A DNA stretch of 63,936 nucleotides, filler included, from Gonapodya sp. JEL0774 (GCA_027604505.1; 8 parts of 8 records of this genome joined end to end with filler, not necessarily neighbours in it), one strand, 5' to 3'; positions 33,343 to 46,533 are shown, numbered from the whole stretch's first letter. Notes: generated by a model not told the origin, from the sequence alone. Numbers and translations are program-made.

Positions 33343-35077
33343 ATGACAACCGCGCGCGACATCCAACTGATCGAAGCGGTGGAAAATGGACAGGTGCAGC
33401 GGGTGCAACAGCTTCTAGCGAATGGGGCGAATCCCAATGCGCGGAATCGGGTCACATTGACCTGCAGGATCGGGAGGGAGACAAAATCAGACACCGCAGA
33501 ATGCGAGTTGGCGTTGGCGTTGGGGATCATGCATGCCAATGAGGAGATTGTCAAGGTGTTGCTCGAAGGAGGCGCAGATGTGAATGGGGTGTGTGAGTGG
33601 AAAGTAGCATACTGGTTTTCATCGTGGGATGCGGACAACTGGAGCAGGATGCGTTGGATTGTGACGAATTTGTTCCCGTCTGCGGTGACACTGGCGGTGG
33701 CGAGGGGCGGGAAGTGGACGCGGAGCGACGGTGAGACAGGTGATTTACCCTTCTCTGACAACGAACTCCCGATCAGTCTCAAGGGCGGCAATGTCCAGAT
33801 CAGAGATCGCAAGGAGGAGAAGGACACTCACATCTGGCCCTTCACTCTGCGTCCTTCCCTCCCCATCGTCAAACTCCTCCTCTCTCACGGTGCTATGGTC
33901 ACTCAGAAGGAACTCGATGCCGCTCGCAAATGGCCAGATGGACGTTTCTTTCAAACACTCCAAGACCACCAATCCCACCCTCCAACTCCAGTCCCTGCCC
34001 GCACTCCACCTTCTTCTCCACCTTCTACAGCACCTTCCACATCTCCACAACCCACTGAGGCCCTCGTCTCACTCCTCACTGACAAGGATCGTGAAATTAG
34101 GGAGCTACGTGCAGAGTTGGACCAAGTCAAGCTGAGGAATGAGGAGCTGTCAGTGAGAACAGCAACTGCAGAAAGCAAGGCAGAGGAGGCACAGAGGAGG
34201 AACTTGGACATTCAAGCAAGGACCACTGCTCTGGAGGCAGCAAACCAGGACCTTCAGGCAGAAGTCCGCACCCTCATCTCAGAGAACCGCTCCCTCTCCA
34301 CCAACAACGCGACGCTTGAAAGTGAGATTGTGACCCTCCGCACTCAACTCGCATCCCTACCATCTGCTCCTTCACCGCGCGAACCCCAACTCCCCCGCAC
34401 TGTAAAGAAGCTCATGCACTCCATAGCCGATTTCCAGGCCCAAGATGTTGATGAACTTAATGTTCAAGTTGGGGATGAGATTTATGTCAACCTGGAGTTT
34501 GCAGATGGGTGGGGATCTGTGAGTAGCACTTGTTTATTGCTTGTGTGCTGCCCCCCCCTCATGAATCCTGCCTCCACATCTTCGTCCCCTGCCCCCTTAT
34601 GATCCATCTGTGATCCACCCCCAGGGCTTCAACACTGCACATGGTACTGCTGGTGCCTTCCCCATGGCATGTGTTGGTGACACACCCTCCCATCCTCCTC
34701 TGCAACCTCCTTCCTTCACCATCCGTTACGACTCCCGCCTCAACATTGGGCCTCCACCTCCGCCCTCTAACCCCTTCCGCCCAGTCCCCAACGCCCCACC
34801 TCTCTCCTCCCAGTTTTATGGCGACGTGGCTGGCCCACCGCAACGGTCAGCATACCCCACGGGGCCGACACCAACTGTGTCAGGAACGTGGCCTGTGCGG
34901 GGCGTGGAGTCGAGGGGTGGTGAGTATGGTGTAGGAGGGGCTGAGGCAATGGGGAGGTTTGGTGGAGCTGATGGCGGGGCAGGAACTGGGATCCAGAGTG
35001 GGAGTGGGATGGTGGGTGTGCAGACTGAGGTGCTTGGAGCGGGAGGGGCTGGGGCAGGATCGGGGCAGGGGAGGTGA
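33343..35077 (+). CDS. Ankyrin - Pro-rich linker - coiled coil - SH3 protein, copy 1 (intron 34519-34624)
   Basis: LIEAVENGQVQRVQQLLANGANPN, EEIVKVLLEGGADVN; heptad-rich segment; IADFQAQDVDELNVQVGDEIYVNLEFADGWGS|GFNTAHGTAGAFPMACV. Confidence 0.88.
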
Positions 35078-37410
35078 ACATTCCAGCAGTGGGAGAGGTG
35101 GAGTTGGGATCTGGCAGAGTGGTTGGGAGATTTCGAACTTCGGCCTACCTAACGGACCTCGTTGTCATTGCAGTGTCAGAAGCACTAGAATAAAAAGCGC
35201 TCATAGAACATGAGCCACGACACGTCTTTTTTTTTCATTAATGGGTCGGCTTCGATTGGATTGTAATACCAAGATTCTGCTATGGTGATCGACCCCGGTG
35301 AAGATGGTTCGGATGCTGTGGCCATCCATCACTCCAACTTTCCGCATTCTCCGCTCTTCCCTTCCTCCCAGAGCACTATTGTTACCCAGTGACTTTCCCC
35401 CTTTGGCCCCGACTCCCGTTCCATCCATCCTATTTGACCGATGTGTTTCTGTTCCAATCCCGTTCCACCCAGTCACAATTATCTCCAGTCAACCACTCTG
35501 TGAGGTTTCCTTATCATCTAAACTCACGATTTCAAGTTTCAAGTCAGTGTTGTTTGGCCGTGAAGTTTCACCGGGATCAAGGGAACGTGGTGAATGGGTG
35601 ACGGTGTGTTCAGGGAATACGCCGGACTGGATCTTCCATGGGACCAGCGCAGTCGAGTATCTTGCCATCGTTGTCTCCTGTGTGCTGATTTGTGCTTCTT
35701 TTGATGGTATCTCCACTCATCCTTCTCCGTTCTCTACCTACTAGTCACCATCCCTTCCTTCCAATCAAACCAATCCTCTCCTTTCACGAGTGATGTTGTC
35801 ACGCGCAAGCACGCCAGCATTGTAAAGTTAATACCACCAGTGAAATGCGAGGTAACCTGAGCACTCGGATGAACTGGTTGGCACAAGCTCTAGTCTTGTG
35901 AGTTCTCGAGAACAGCTTATGGTGTCACCGTCTGTCGTGTTCATCTCTAACCACATCCTCGTACTTGTTTCTAAGGTTTCTGGCTCTCTGGCTGCTCGTC
36001 CCCCCTCCAACTTACCATTCCAGCTTAGTTCCCATCACCGCCAATTGTGCTCTTGTTGTCGACAACCCACCTGAATCATCACAACCTCCTATACGAAGTA
36101 CTTACTCCTTCGCTTCAGTAAACATTAAACCTGGACTGATCAATTTTTTTTGCGTCTTCTCATTCTGCTCCCTCTATAGCCTCTCAGACAGCTCCATGTT
36201 CGCTCACCGTTCCTCCTCCACGCAACCTATTTTGCCACGCTTGAAAGCAGTATAAGGACCCACATATTCTGTTCAGCCTCGATGTTTCTTTAATCGACAC
36301 CTGGTAAGACTCATGTTTCTGCCACATGTTTCCTGTGCTTTGATCACCGCGTCTACCGGATATTTCCATCGCCTCGTCTGCACAGCTCACACATATTCTC
36401 GACTCACCGACCCTCTGATAGAACTACGTTGGTTTTTGTTGGCGGCTACTAGTTTGAGGAGGAGCGGTGGGCAATGGTGAGGGCCTAGGGGAGAGCAGAT
36501 GATCCTCGACGGCAACCGTTAAATTCGGATTGTGTCCGCAGGTCAGGATGCAGGTCCATGATGACGGACGTGGGAGCTTGGTGGACAGTGTTGCCGGAAG
36601 GCGACGCGAGGAGCTCACCACTAAGTGTGTTTACAACCAAGCGAGACGATGCAAGGAAGGGGTGCAAAAACAAAGCAGGTATGTGCCGCTCACGCCCTGA
36701 AAGACGTGGTTTCTGCTCACCTACTCCGCTCCCTACCTGTATTTTGCCTCGCCCTGTGACCTTCATTGCGAATTCGGTATCCAGATTTCCCACCACCCTG
36801 TTTACGGGGAAGGATGGGTCTGAGCTGGAGCGAGGTGGGCTCGTGACCAGCGTGTAAATTCGGATATATGGAACAGCGGCTAGTGATACAGGTGAGTTGA
36901 ACGGTGGGGAAGCGAGTGCGATGAGATGGGGGGGAGAGCGGGTGGTCGAGGACGAGATGGGGAGGAGCAAGGCTCCAAGGATGGGGCGGAGGTGGGGCGC
37001 GAGGGGGGAGTTGTGAGGAGTCGTGTGAGTGGTGGCCGAGAGGAGGGGGGCGCGGGTTGGGGCAAAAAGGGAGGTGCGAGGGAGGGGACGGCGGTAGGCT
37101 GGTAAAGACGGAAGTTTGTGACTCTTGCGTTGTCCGGTTGGCGGGGGATAGAGAGTGTTGGAGGCTGGGCAGAGTGGAACGAAACAGGAAGCGTGTTGGG
37201 AGTGGCACTGACCCCGGGAGCAGGAATAGCGGATACATATATATTATGTGTGTAATACAATATACACAATAAATCATGAATCTGCAGGCGACCATCGTTG
37301 CTATGGCGTTGTTTGGAAAGCTCGCAGAAATGGTTGGTGGACCTTGTCACAGCAACAATCCCAACACGCAAACAAACCACAAGATCACAACAATCCGAAC
37401 GAAAACCGCC

Positions 37411-39169
37411 ATGTCTAGTTCTCGCGATATCCAATTGATCGAGGCCGTGGAGAACAGACAGGCCCAGCGGGTCCGGCAGCTGTTGGGCGAAGGGGCGAAC
37501 CCGAACTCGAGGAAGCGTGTCACATTGACATGCACCATCGGAGAGCAGACAAAAACGGACACTGTGGACTGCGAATCGGCGTTGACGTTGGCGATTCTGC
37601 ACGCGAATGAGGACGTTGTGAAGGCGTTACTCGAAGGAGGCGCCGATCCGAACGGGGTGTGTGAATGGAAAATTGGTAACTCCAGTAACAATGTGTGTCT
37701 GTGGACTGTGGACAATTGGAACAGGAAGCGTTGGTGTTGGACGGAATTGTTCCCTTCTGCCCTGACGCTGGCGGTGGCGAGGGGGGGGAAGTGGACAGAG
37801 TGGGACGGCAGCACAGGCGATTTACCCACCTCTGCCAACAAAGTCGACATCAATCACAAGGGGGGAAACGTCCTGTTGAATGATCCCAAAGAGGGGAAGG
37901 ACGCCCGCATCATCTTCACTGTTCACCCTTCCCTCCCAATCGTCCGCCTCCTCCTCTCTCATGGTGCTGTGGTTACCCAGAGAGAACTCGATGCTGCTCG
38001 CAAACAGCCGTATACTCAATTCCTGAAAGCTCTCCAAGACTATCAATCCCATCTTCCCACTCCAGTTCCATCCCGCCCCCAACCTTCTTCTCCATCTACC
38101 ACAGCACCTTCCACATCATCTCAAACCTCTGAAACCCTTCTCACTCTCCTCACGGACAAAGATCGCGAAATTAACAAGCTACGTGCAGAGTTGGATCAAG
38201 TCAAGGCTCAGGTTCAGGAGCTCTCTGTAAAGATGGCAAAAGCTGAAAGTAAGGGAGAGGAATTGCAGAGGAGGATCTTGGACATTGAAGCAAGGAATAC
38301 GACTCTGGAATCAAGAAACCAGGACCTCCAGTCTGAAAACCGCGCTCTATCCTCAGAAAACCGTACTCTCTCAACAGAGATCCGCACCGTTTCCACCAAA
38401 AACGCAGCTTTGGAACGGGAAGTTGGAACCCTGCGCACCCAACTTGCGTCCCTCCCGCCTTCTCCCCCACCTCGTGAACCCCAGCCACCCCGCACCGTTC
38501 AGCGCCTCATGTGCGCCATTGGAGACTTTGAAGGACAGGACACAGATGAATTGAACATCACAGTGGGGGATGCCATTTTTGTGAATTTGGAGTTTGCCGA
38601 CGGGTGGGGATCGGTGAGTGCAAGTTGTTTGCCATCTCCATACTGTTCGTCAATAATCTGTACCGCATTGATCATTAACCCCCATGCACTTCCCACTCTT
38701 CATTTAGGGACTGAACACCCGTACGAGTGCCTCTGGCGCGTTCCCTATGGCCTGCGTCAGTGACACCCGCGACCCACCTGTCCCCTCCCAACTCCCACTC
38801 AACCCACCCTCCTTCACCCTTCGCTACGACTCCCGCCTCAACCTCAGCCCCACTCCTCCCCCCTCCAACCCGTTCCGCCCTATCCCCACCGCACCACCAA
38901 TATCCTCCCAGTACTACAGAGACGTCGCGGGCCCGCCTCAACGGTTCATGTACCACACCGGACTGTCGCCACCACCTTCAGGCACGTGGCCCGCGCGGGG
39001 TGTGGAGTCCAGTGGCGGTGGGTTAAGTGTGCAAGGAGGCGACACTATGGGGAGGTTTGGTGGAGGGACTGCTGGCGCGGGAGCTAGGAGTGGGAGTGGG
39101 AGGATGGGAATGGGGACTGGAGTTATTGGGGAAGGAGGGGTTGGGACAGGAGCAGGGCAAGGGAGGTGA
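37411..39169 (+). CDS. Ankyrin - Pro-rich linker - coiled coil - SH3 protein, copy 2 (intron 38614-38707)
   Basis: Colinear paralog of copy 1 with the same intron position, the same ACCGCCATG start context and the same GQGR-stop end. Confidence 0.88.
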
Positions 39170-40103
39170 ACAGTCCAGCAGTGGGAGAGGTGGGAGGTAG
39201 GATATGCCATGGTGGTTGGGAGAATTTTTTCTTTTCAATCTGTTCTTTGCTTGCATTCAGGTCTATGTTGTGTGATTTAGTAACGTCATTACTAGAGTTC
39301 AAGAGAGATCACCCTTTTTGTAGTAACTATTTGTGGTACAAGTAACTATTTGAGTAAGCTGTCAAAATATTTGTTCTGTCGGCGCTGTTTTCTCTTGTTC
39401 TGTGCCGACGACACGAGAAGTTGCTTGGGATCATGATCAGTGCGTTCGTCCCTCGAAGCGATTGTCTCCCCCAATCTGCATTCAAACCGCGCCGTTGTGC
39501 TCAACCTTCCTTATTCTTTCCCGCCCATCTCCGATTACCCTTGATCTCTCTCATTCGGTCCCCGTCTCTTCCCCTAAGCTATCGTCATCCCATCGCACAC
39601 CACTTCCGCGCTAACCCCGATCCACTTCACCGTTCGGCGCAGTACTGTCACGAATGAAAAAGGGCTTTCACGGTCTCGAAAATGGGAATCTGGATGAACG
39701 GCAGGATGGATGGGCCGAAGTGAGTGCGTGGGTGACGGTCAGCGGGGACTACTAAGTAGTGACAGGTGGGGACGTGGAACTCTATGCCATCGGGGACAAG
39801 AGGTTGACCAGTATGTAAGTTTATCGTCTCGCGTTCTTTAGACGGGTTCTCTGACTTTCGTCACTAGTGCAGATGTTCTCTGAGCTATCCCAACTTGGTC
39901 CTTCCACTCTGCCATCGACATCAACGACGGACGGGAGCCACTCACATGATTGATTGACGTCGGAGTATGGTGACCCGAGTGAATCCTGCAGACGACTGTG
40001 TGGAACACTCCGCCGATCTCGCGCAAGTGAGTTTGTGGTTGAACACAGACGTGTGTAGTCGTACTCCCTCGGACCCGGGGGGGGGGGGGGGGGGGGGGGG
40101 GGG

Positions 40104-40203
40104 NNNNNNNNNNNNNNNNNNNNNNNNNNNNNNNNNNNNNNNNNNNNTTAATTAATTAANNNNNNNNNNNNNNNNNNNNNNNNNNNNNNNNNNNNNNNNN
40201 NNN
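40104..40203. other. Artificial contig spacer
   Basis: 44 N + TTAATTAATTAA + 44 N. Confidence 0.99.
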
Positions 40204-40304
40204 TCCGACTGGAAATTCAAAGCTCCGCAACGATTATAGCGCATTTGAGAAAATTCACGAACGATGTATTTGTCGAGACGCCATCATGGTCGCACTAATG
40301 CACC

Positions 40305-41936
40305 CTAAAGTTCGATTTCAATTATGGGGTAACGCTTCACAGAAAACTTGTTGGTGTTTGGTACAGGTGGCCGGGTGGTTGTAACGAGCCCCTGACTCAT
40401 GAGTGCTAGTGGTGACACGGCCGCAACATGACCGTCCTCTATCTTGACTGCTGGTGGTGATGTGGGTTTAACACCGTCCTCAATCTTAACAATTGGCATG
40501 GAGTCACGTCCTGCGTCTGAGCCGAGTATTCCGTTGACAGCAGTATTGCCGGGGTAGACTATATCCCCATCTGCGTTCCAATCCTCCTCGATGTAATGAA
40601 CTCCTGCCTCGGTAGCTTTTCTAATTTCATGTCGGCGGCCAACCAGGCGGTTCCAAAACCGCTCTTTGTGCGATGCCAGGCGCACAAACGCCCCAGCCTC
40701 ACCCAGTTCCTGAGCAAGTTCCGGAGCTCCAACAACAACATTCTGCACTAAGTGCCGAATGTATTTGATCGCGTCGATCTTGAGAATATTGTGCTTTCCC
40801 GCACTTGACAAACGGAGAGTGGAGAACACGTAATCTTCTCGTTTTTTGGTGTCCCATATTGCTTTGAGTCCAATCATGGTCGATGGAATGTCACCTGCAC
40901 TGATTGGACTTCCAAAATGGAAACGCAGATTCTCATAAACATGGATGAGTTCGGATAGTTGGTGCATCCGAAAATTTTGCGAGTTGGTGATGCCGCGGTC
41001 GTATGAAAGAACTCCTTTCAGGGTATTTTTGAATACTCTGGCTAGACGGTCGCGTGCAGATAGTGGTGACTGTTCAGGGGCCTTAGGAGGCGAGGCTTTC
41101 GTTGCTACGGGAGTCGCTGCACTGGGACTTGAAGACGATCTGCTGCTCCCGCCGAGGGCCATGTCAGCAGCCGAATGATTATCGTTGTCTGACTGTTCCG
41201 CGTCCTCCTCCTTACAGATTTTAGCGACCTTGCGGTGGGATTCGATTGCGCAGAGACGACGCTTCCCTTCACGAACAACTGGCGAGTGATCGCCAAGTTT
41301 CGCATGGCTCAATTCCAGGAAGCGAGGCTGAGGTTGATGCTGCGAGGTCTGAACGGTGGGGTGCATCACAGCCGCGGGTACAGGTTGTGGCGGTCGAGCG
41401 TCGGACGGTTGCTGCTCGACTTCGGCAGGAGGAGCAATTTGTTGAGGTGTGGCGAAAACGTGAGGTACGGTAAGAACGCGGGGTATGGTAACGAGTGGTT
41501 GCGCGTGAGCGGGCTCGACAATTGGTGCTGGTTCTCTCGCGACATCTTCAGTATACGGTCGAAGCTCCAGGAAATCCCCTGACCTTGTCGAAAGAAGCCG
41601 ATGATGATCGATATGCCGAAGTTCACTGACTGGGAGGCGTAGTTCGAGCTCACCCGAGATGCTGGACAGTGTGTTCGTCAATAATGCTAACCCAAGGATT
41701 TCCGGGGCCATGTAGAAGCACGACAAGGAATCGACCCAGCGCCACTCTTTCCGGGAATAATTTCGTGCAGACGGTCAGGAGGGACTGTTAAAAAGTGAGT
41801 TCAATCGAATGAAAACGTGGACGATCACTATCCCCAAGAAACGAAATGCACATACATTGTAAGTTGCCGGTCTTGGAGCGATGGCAAAGACTTCATCTCC
41901 AGCTACACGAATGTGGATCCGATTTGGTGCCAGCAT
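40305..41936 (-). CDS. Uncharacterised protein A: Ubl/PB1-like N-terminal domain plus one copy of an unrecognised ~160-aa domain (exons 41936-41856, 41784-41654, 41583-40305)
   Basis: Splicing gives an intact frame MLAPNRIHIRVAGDEVFAIAPRPATYN|SLLTVCTKLFPER...QHLG|SGDFLELRP; homologous to the gene at 43846-45962. Confidence 0.8.
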
Positions 41937-42315
41937 TGATTCTCCCTTTCCTCTGGATTCGAGTATGAACGAGCTGGTGGAGCATCGGCAACTGTGGCCG
42001 GCACTGACAAATATCTCGACAGACACATCAGCCCACAACAAGAAGCGGACGATTTGGTTATGAAATATCCATGATTGGGCAATGAGCAATCATCGCAGCA
42101 TGAAATGGGCTCGACCTAAAACTCTGGCTTCTGAGGGGGATGTCGAAATCCCGCCGTTCTGAACAATGCACCACGCTGTATTATCGGTAGAATGTTGGTC
42201 AAAGTTAAGTATTGCTCGCTGCGGTTTTGAGTCGATATTATCTTGTACTGATCCTGCTCGACTGACAGGTTACTGCGTCTAATGCCGATCTGCACGCTTT
42301 CCCAGCACAATATCC

Positions 42316-43270
42316 ATGTCGTCAACTCCCACGCCTTCCAGTAGTAGTTCGATCAAACCGCGGCTTCATGAGCCCACATCCACGACCACATTTCCCGCTG
42401 TACCGTCCGCATCGTCTGCTTCGTGGGATGAGGTCTGCTACATTCGCATAATCCAATCCCCTGAAGCTCGGGCACTCGGACTCGCACCTCAGGCTGAGAT
42501 GGTCTGCTTGTCTCGAAGACCAGTTGCTCATCCGTCGGATGAAAAGCTCCTGTTTTCGGGGAAGGAAGCGATTCGCAATGGTGGTCACGTAATGAAAGAG
42601 GGGCGAAGAACCGATGATATCGCACCAGAGATGGAGAGGGAGGAGTCGCACTGGGTCGTGGAATATGCAGACGGGTTCGAAGAAGTCGTTCAGCATGCGA
42701 TCGGTGCGTCCACTATCACCTCTTCCGCCTGGATATTTGTCGTTTCATCTTCCACCTCTACTAACTGGTTGCTCACCGATACAGAAATGCAAAACCCTCT
42801 ACCTCCCGTTCCTCCGATCTCTACCTTGGCCTCCATCGCCAATTCAGGCCGTCGTCCTTACTTTACACCAACCTCGGATGGTTGGCGGTACGACGTGACA
42901 GCCTCCACTTTGTTACGATATCATGCCGGTGGGTAAGGCCCCAATTTCACTTCTTCCCATGTGGGGAAAGCGTGGATTTGGTGAAAGGCGGATGTCATGT
43001 CATTCTTCTGACGCTTGGCTGTTCTCAGCCCACTCCCTCCTGTACCCCGTGGTAACGTCCCCATTCAGATTCATGTCTCGATACGCTCAATCCATCGCGG
43101 ACGGATCAGCCGCTCAAGTCTTGGAGAGAATAGCTCACAAGACAACTTCCGCAGAATCTCTGAAGCGGTGGGCCGAAAAGGCACTGGGGAAGTGGACCGA
43201 ATGGGCGAAGAACTTAAGGGAATTGAGTAGCGGAACTAACGGGAAGGGCGGGAAAGATAAATCCGGATAG
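42316..43270 (+). CDS. Hypothetical protein (probably 3 exons)
   Basis: ORFs 42316-42936 and 42923-43270 join through phase-1 GT-AG introns; no family recognised. Confidence 0.6.
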
Positions 43271-43845
43271 ATCGAGCTCGACATACTTGTGCATTCTTGT
43301 GAGCTGACGTCGAAACTTGGACTGACATTCCGAGCACCGTGGTCAGTTCTGACCATAAAGTGCTGGCTCGCACCATGTTCGGATGGGCTCGCTCTATTAC
43401 AAAAGGAGAGCGAGTAGACGCGGCGGCAGTCGACGGTATGTCTTAACCTTACATCGGCGGTTGGCTCATGGCTGGCTGACTGCCGCCGGCACATGGCGAG
43501 ACCATGGGTAACCACCAAGGGTATCTAAGGTTTCACTTAGCGGATTTTGTTGCACTGTACGTATTGACAGCTAATGCCTTTCATGAAAATGCAATATATG
43601 TGGGGAAATGATCAACTGCCCGAAGCTATAGTGTCCCCCTTCTGCGCTGAGATAAGCAATGTAGACATGGATCCATCTGATTCGAGTTACGGAGGACAGA
43701 TGCATTGCCTTGTATGTACAAGCTATATATATGGAAGCATACCGGATGAAAAGGAGAACTTTGGACCCAATATTTTGGAGCTGTGGTTGGCCGGAGTTGA
43801 TTCCAATATCCATAAACAAAAGCAACCCGATTGTAGTCGCATCCC

Positions 43846-45962
43846 ATGGGCGCCAAACGCATCTCCGTGCGCGTGGAAGGTGACGACGCCTTTCAATTCA
43901 TTGAACGCCCTTCTACGTTTGATGTGAGTGCGCGCTATGGTTTTCGCCGTTCCAAGGGGCTATTGTGGTAACCCTAAAGCCTTTGTCTGTCACACAAGAA
44001 TCTCATTGCGATCTGCGTGGAAACGTTTCCCGGAAGAATTGTGCCGGGAGCTTTTCGAGTGGTCGTTGTCGACTCGCAGACCCAATGGGTGACCGACGTG
44101 AACCCGCGATCGATAAGGTTCCTTAGGTGAGTGCTAATGAATCGTTCTGACGATTCATGACGCGAGGGCAACTCGATTGACTATGGCTTCGATGATATAG
44201 TTCTACTGATTTTCTTGAGATACGGCCGATTCACCCATCACAGATCAACCGCCGGGTTGCGATTGACACAGCGTCCACAACCTCCAATCTCACTCAAAAC
44301 AGTGTACCAATCGGAGGTTGTGTTAGCGCGGGAGTGGCGCGACCAGCGAAGCTCGTGACCTCTAACCTCTCAAGGCAGAGTTGGGAACAGGAGGTGGACA
44401 ACCGTCACTCCAGAGACTCTTCTTCCATAAACGCTTCAGCGGAGCATTCCCCCCCGAAGGCAAAGAGGAGCACACTGATCTCATCTACTTCTACTTTACC
44501 TCAATTCAGTAGTATCGATCCTACTGTCAGCAATGCAGAAGGAGCTGGGTATACCGCGAACAGAGCAACAGAAGCGATCAATCATGCTAACACTAGTGAA
44601 GGAGAAGACGGCGGAGGCCCAATTCGTACGCCGAAGACACATGCATCTCGGATGAATCCAATCGTGCCCTCGCCTGTGGATATTGCAAATTTGGTCCATC
44701 CCAAAACAAACGGTTCCCAGGGAGGAGACTTTTACCGGATGCTACGTGCATTTTTGCGAGGCGTTCCGGCCTGGGACTTCACTATTGAGGATGAAACTGA
44801 TTTTCGGATACATCAGGTTCAGGAGATCATTCGTGGATACAAAAAACTGAAAATGGATTTCCAGGGTGCGAGGATAGGCGATGAAAAACTTGGAAAGATC
44901 AGTGGAATTTCTCAATTTTGGGCCTCAGATGCGAGGATCAATGCGGTCATGAAACTTTGCGCTAAACACGGCGCGGGTGACATCAAAAATAAACTGAATG
45001 CTTTCCACATCATTCATGCCTTGATTGTGAAATCGGCTGTGAAATCACCCGCTCTTGTTCAGACGCTTGGCGAAGCCGCAGCATTTGTACACATTACCTC
45101 GGATCGTAAAGCGTTCTGGAGGAGGATGAGGGGTATTCGGGACGACGGTACAAGAAAGTCCGTGATGGAGTGTCGCCCGGGTGAACTTCAAGCCGCATGG
45201 GATGCAGATACAGATTCTATTGAAGATGTCAATTCCGAAAGTGGAAGTTTTATTGAGGACAATTCCAGCATGGTGGCACCGCGCAGACCTTCTGTTGGAA
45301 TGTCAGTATCCAATTATAAAGTTGAGACATCGAAGACTGAAAAGCCGGATTTTCTGATCTACCTGCGGTATTTCCTGCGTGGTTTGCCAAAGTTTGATTA
45401 TACTATTGACGACGAGACCTCCTTTCGAATACATCAAATCGAAGAGATACTGACAATCTACGAGTCTCTGGAGATGAATTTCGAAGGTGCGGAGCTTGGT
45501 GTAGAACGGTTGGGTTGTCTGAATGGAGTCCAAGGATTATGGGAGTTCGAGGACAGAGCAGCCGCCGCAATCGCGTTACTCAGGAAGCGCGGCGCAATTG
45601 ACATCAAACACAAGATTGAGAATATTCGCTATGTGGCACAGTTAGTGGATCGTGTGCTAGAAGAATCTCAGCAGCTCGTCGCGGAAGTAGGGAGAGCTCA
45701 AGCTTTTGTCGATTTAGCAGTCGACAGGGTGACATTCTGGAGGAGAATCGGAGGACCTCCTGCAGCTGGGGCCAAGAGACTTTCCTTTGCCTACTGCAGG
45801 GATGGAGAGCTGGAAGAAGCTTGGGAAGCCGACAGGGAATCTCAGGAGGATGACGAGTCAGAAGATTCCGATGATGATATGGGTGATGGACCCGAGAATC
45901 TTCGTCAAATAAAGGAGGAACCGAGTTTGGAAGGACTCGAAATGGTCAAGAAGGAGAATTGA
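43846..45962 (+). CDS. Uncharacterised protein B: Ubl/PB1-like N-terminal domain plus two copies of the same unrecognised domain (exons 43846-43923, 43999-44126, 44201-45962)
   Basis: MGAKRISVRVEGDDAFQFIERPSTFD|NLIAICVETFPGR...RFLS|STDFLEIRP; intron positions and phases (0, 2) match gene A. Confidence 0.82.
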
Positions 45963-46533
45963 CACTCATGTCTGCATGTATAGACTCTATTTTGCTGTTA
46001 CTGGGCCAGATGAGTTGTTTTTGCACGGTTGGATTATGATTCGTGAGCTGTTGAACGTTGTCAATACATTTGTAGTGATGCAGCTCAGGGGTTTATCAAA
46101 AAGCATTATCATCGTCCTGTGAAAGTCTCAAGAAGTACATAAGAATGGAAGTTCACTCACTCACTGGCGTACTCAGAGCAATCGCACCGGCAACCCCGAA
46201 TCAAACTCTAATCCTACTTCTTGAAAAGCACGCGATTACAAATCAGCAATAGACAATATGACAGAACACCCCAAAAAAGGATGACGAAACATATCTACTC
46301 CACCAGTCCAGAGTGAGTCAACTCTGATCTGCTTATTGGACGGTTCGCACTGATCAGTCTGGCAGTATACGGTGAACGGGCAAGATCGGGTATACCCGTG
46401 AATTTCCCTTTTCAATAGCTTACATAACGATTATGCATTATTTCATTATAGATGTAGAGGTAGGGTGTGACTCCCCTTCTGATCGTGTCCAGAGAACTGA
46501 GATTCATAAATGCTGCTGTGGAAGCAATCCAGC

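Noticed and set aside
35200..37100. Short ORFs between the two ANK-SH3 genes
   Set aside because: No consistent spliced frame or recognisable motif; possibly a decayed gene, but unsupported.
40077..40103. 27-nt poly-G run
   Set aside because: It sits exactly at a contig end, typical of a sequencing or assembly artefact; a G-quadruplex role cannot be supported.
43574..43845. ORF upstream of gene B (MPFMKMQYMW...)
   Set aside because: It is in a different frame from exon 1 of gene B, has no counterpart in paralog A and shows no motif; likely promoter or UTR.
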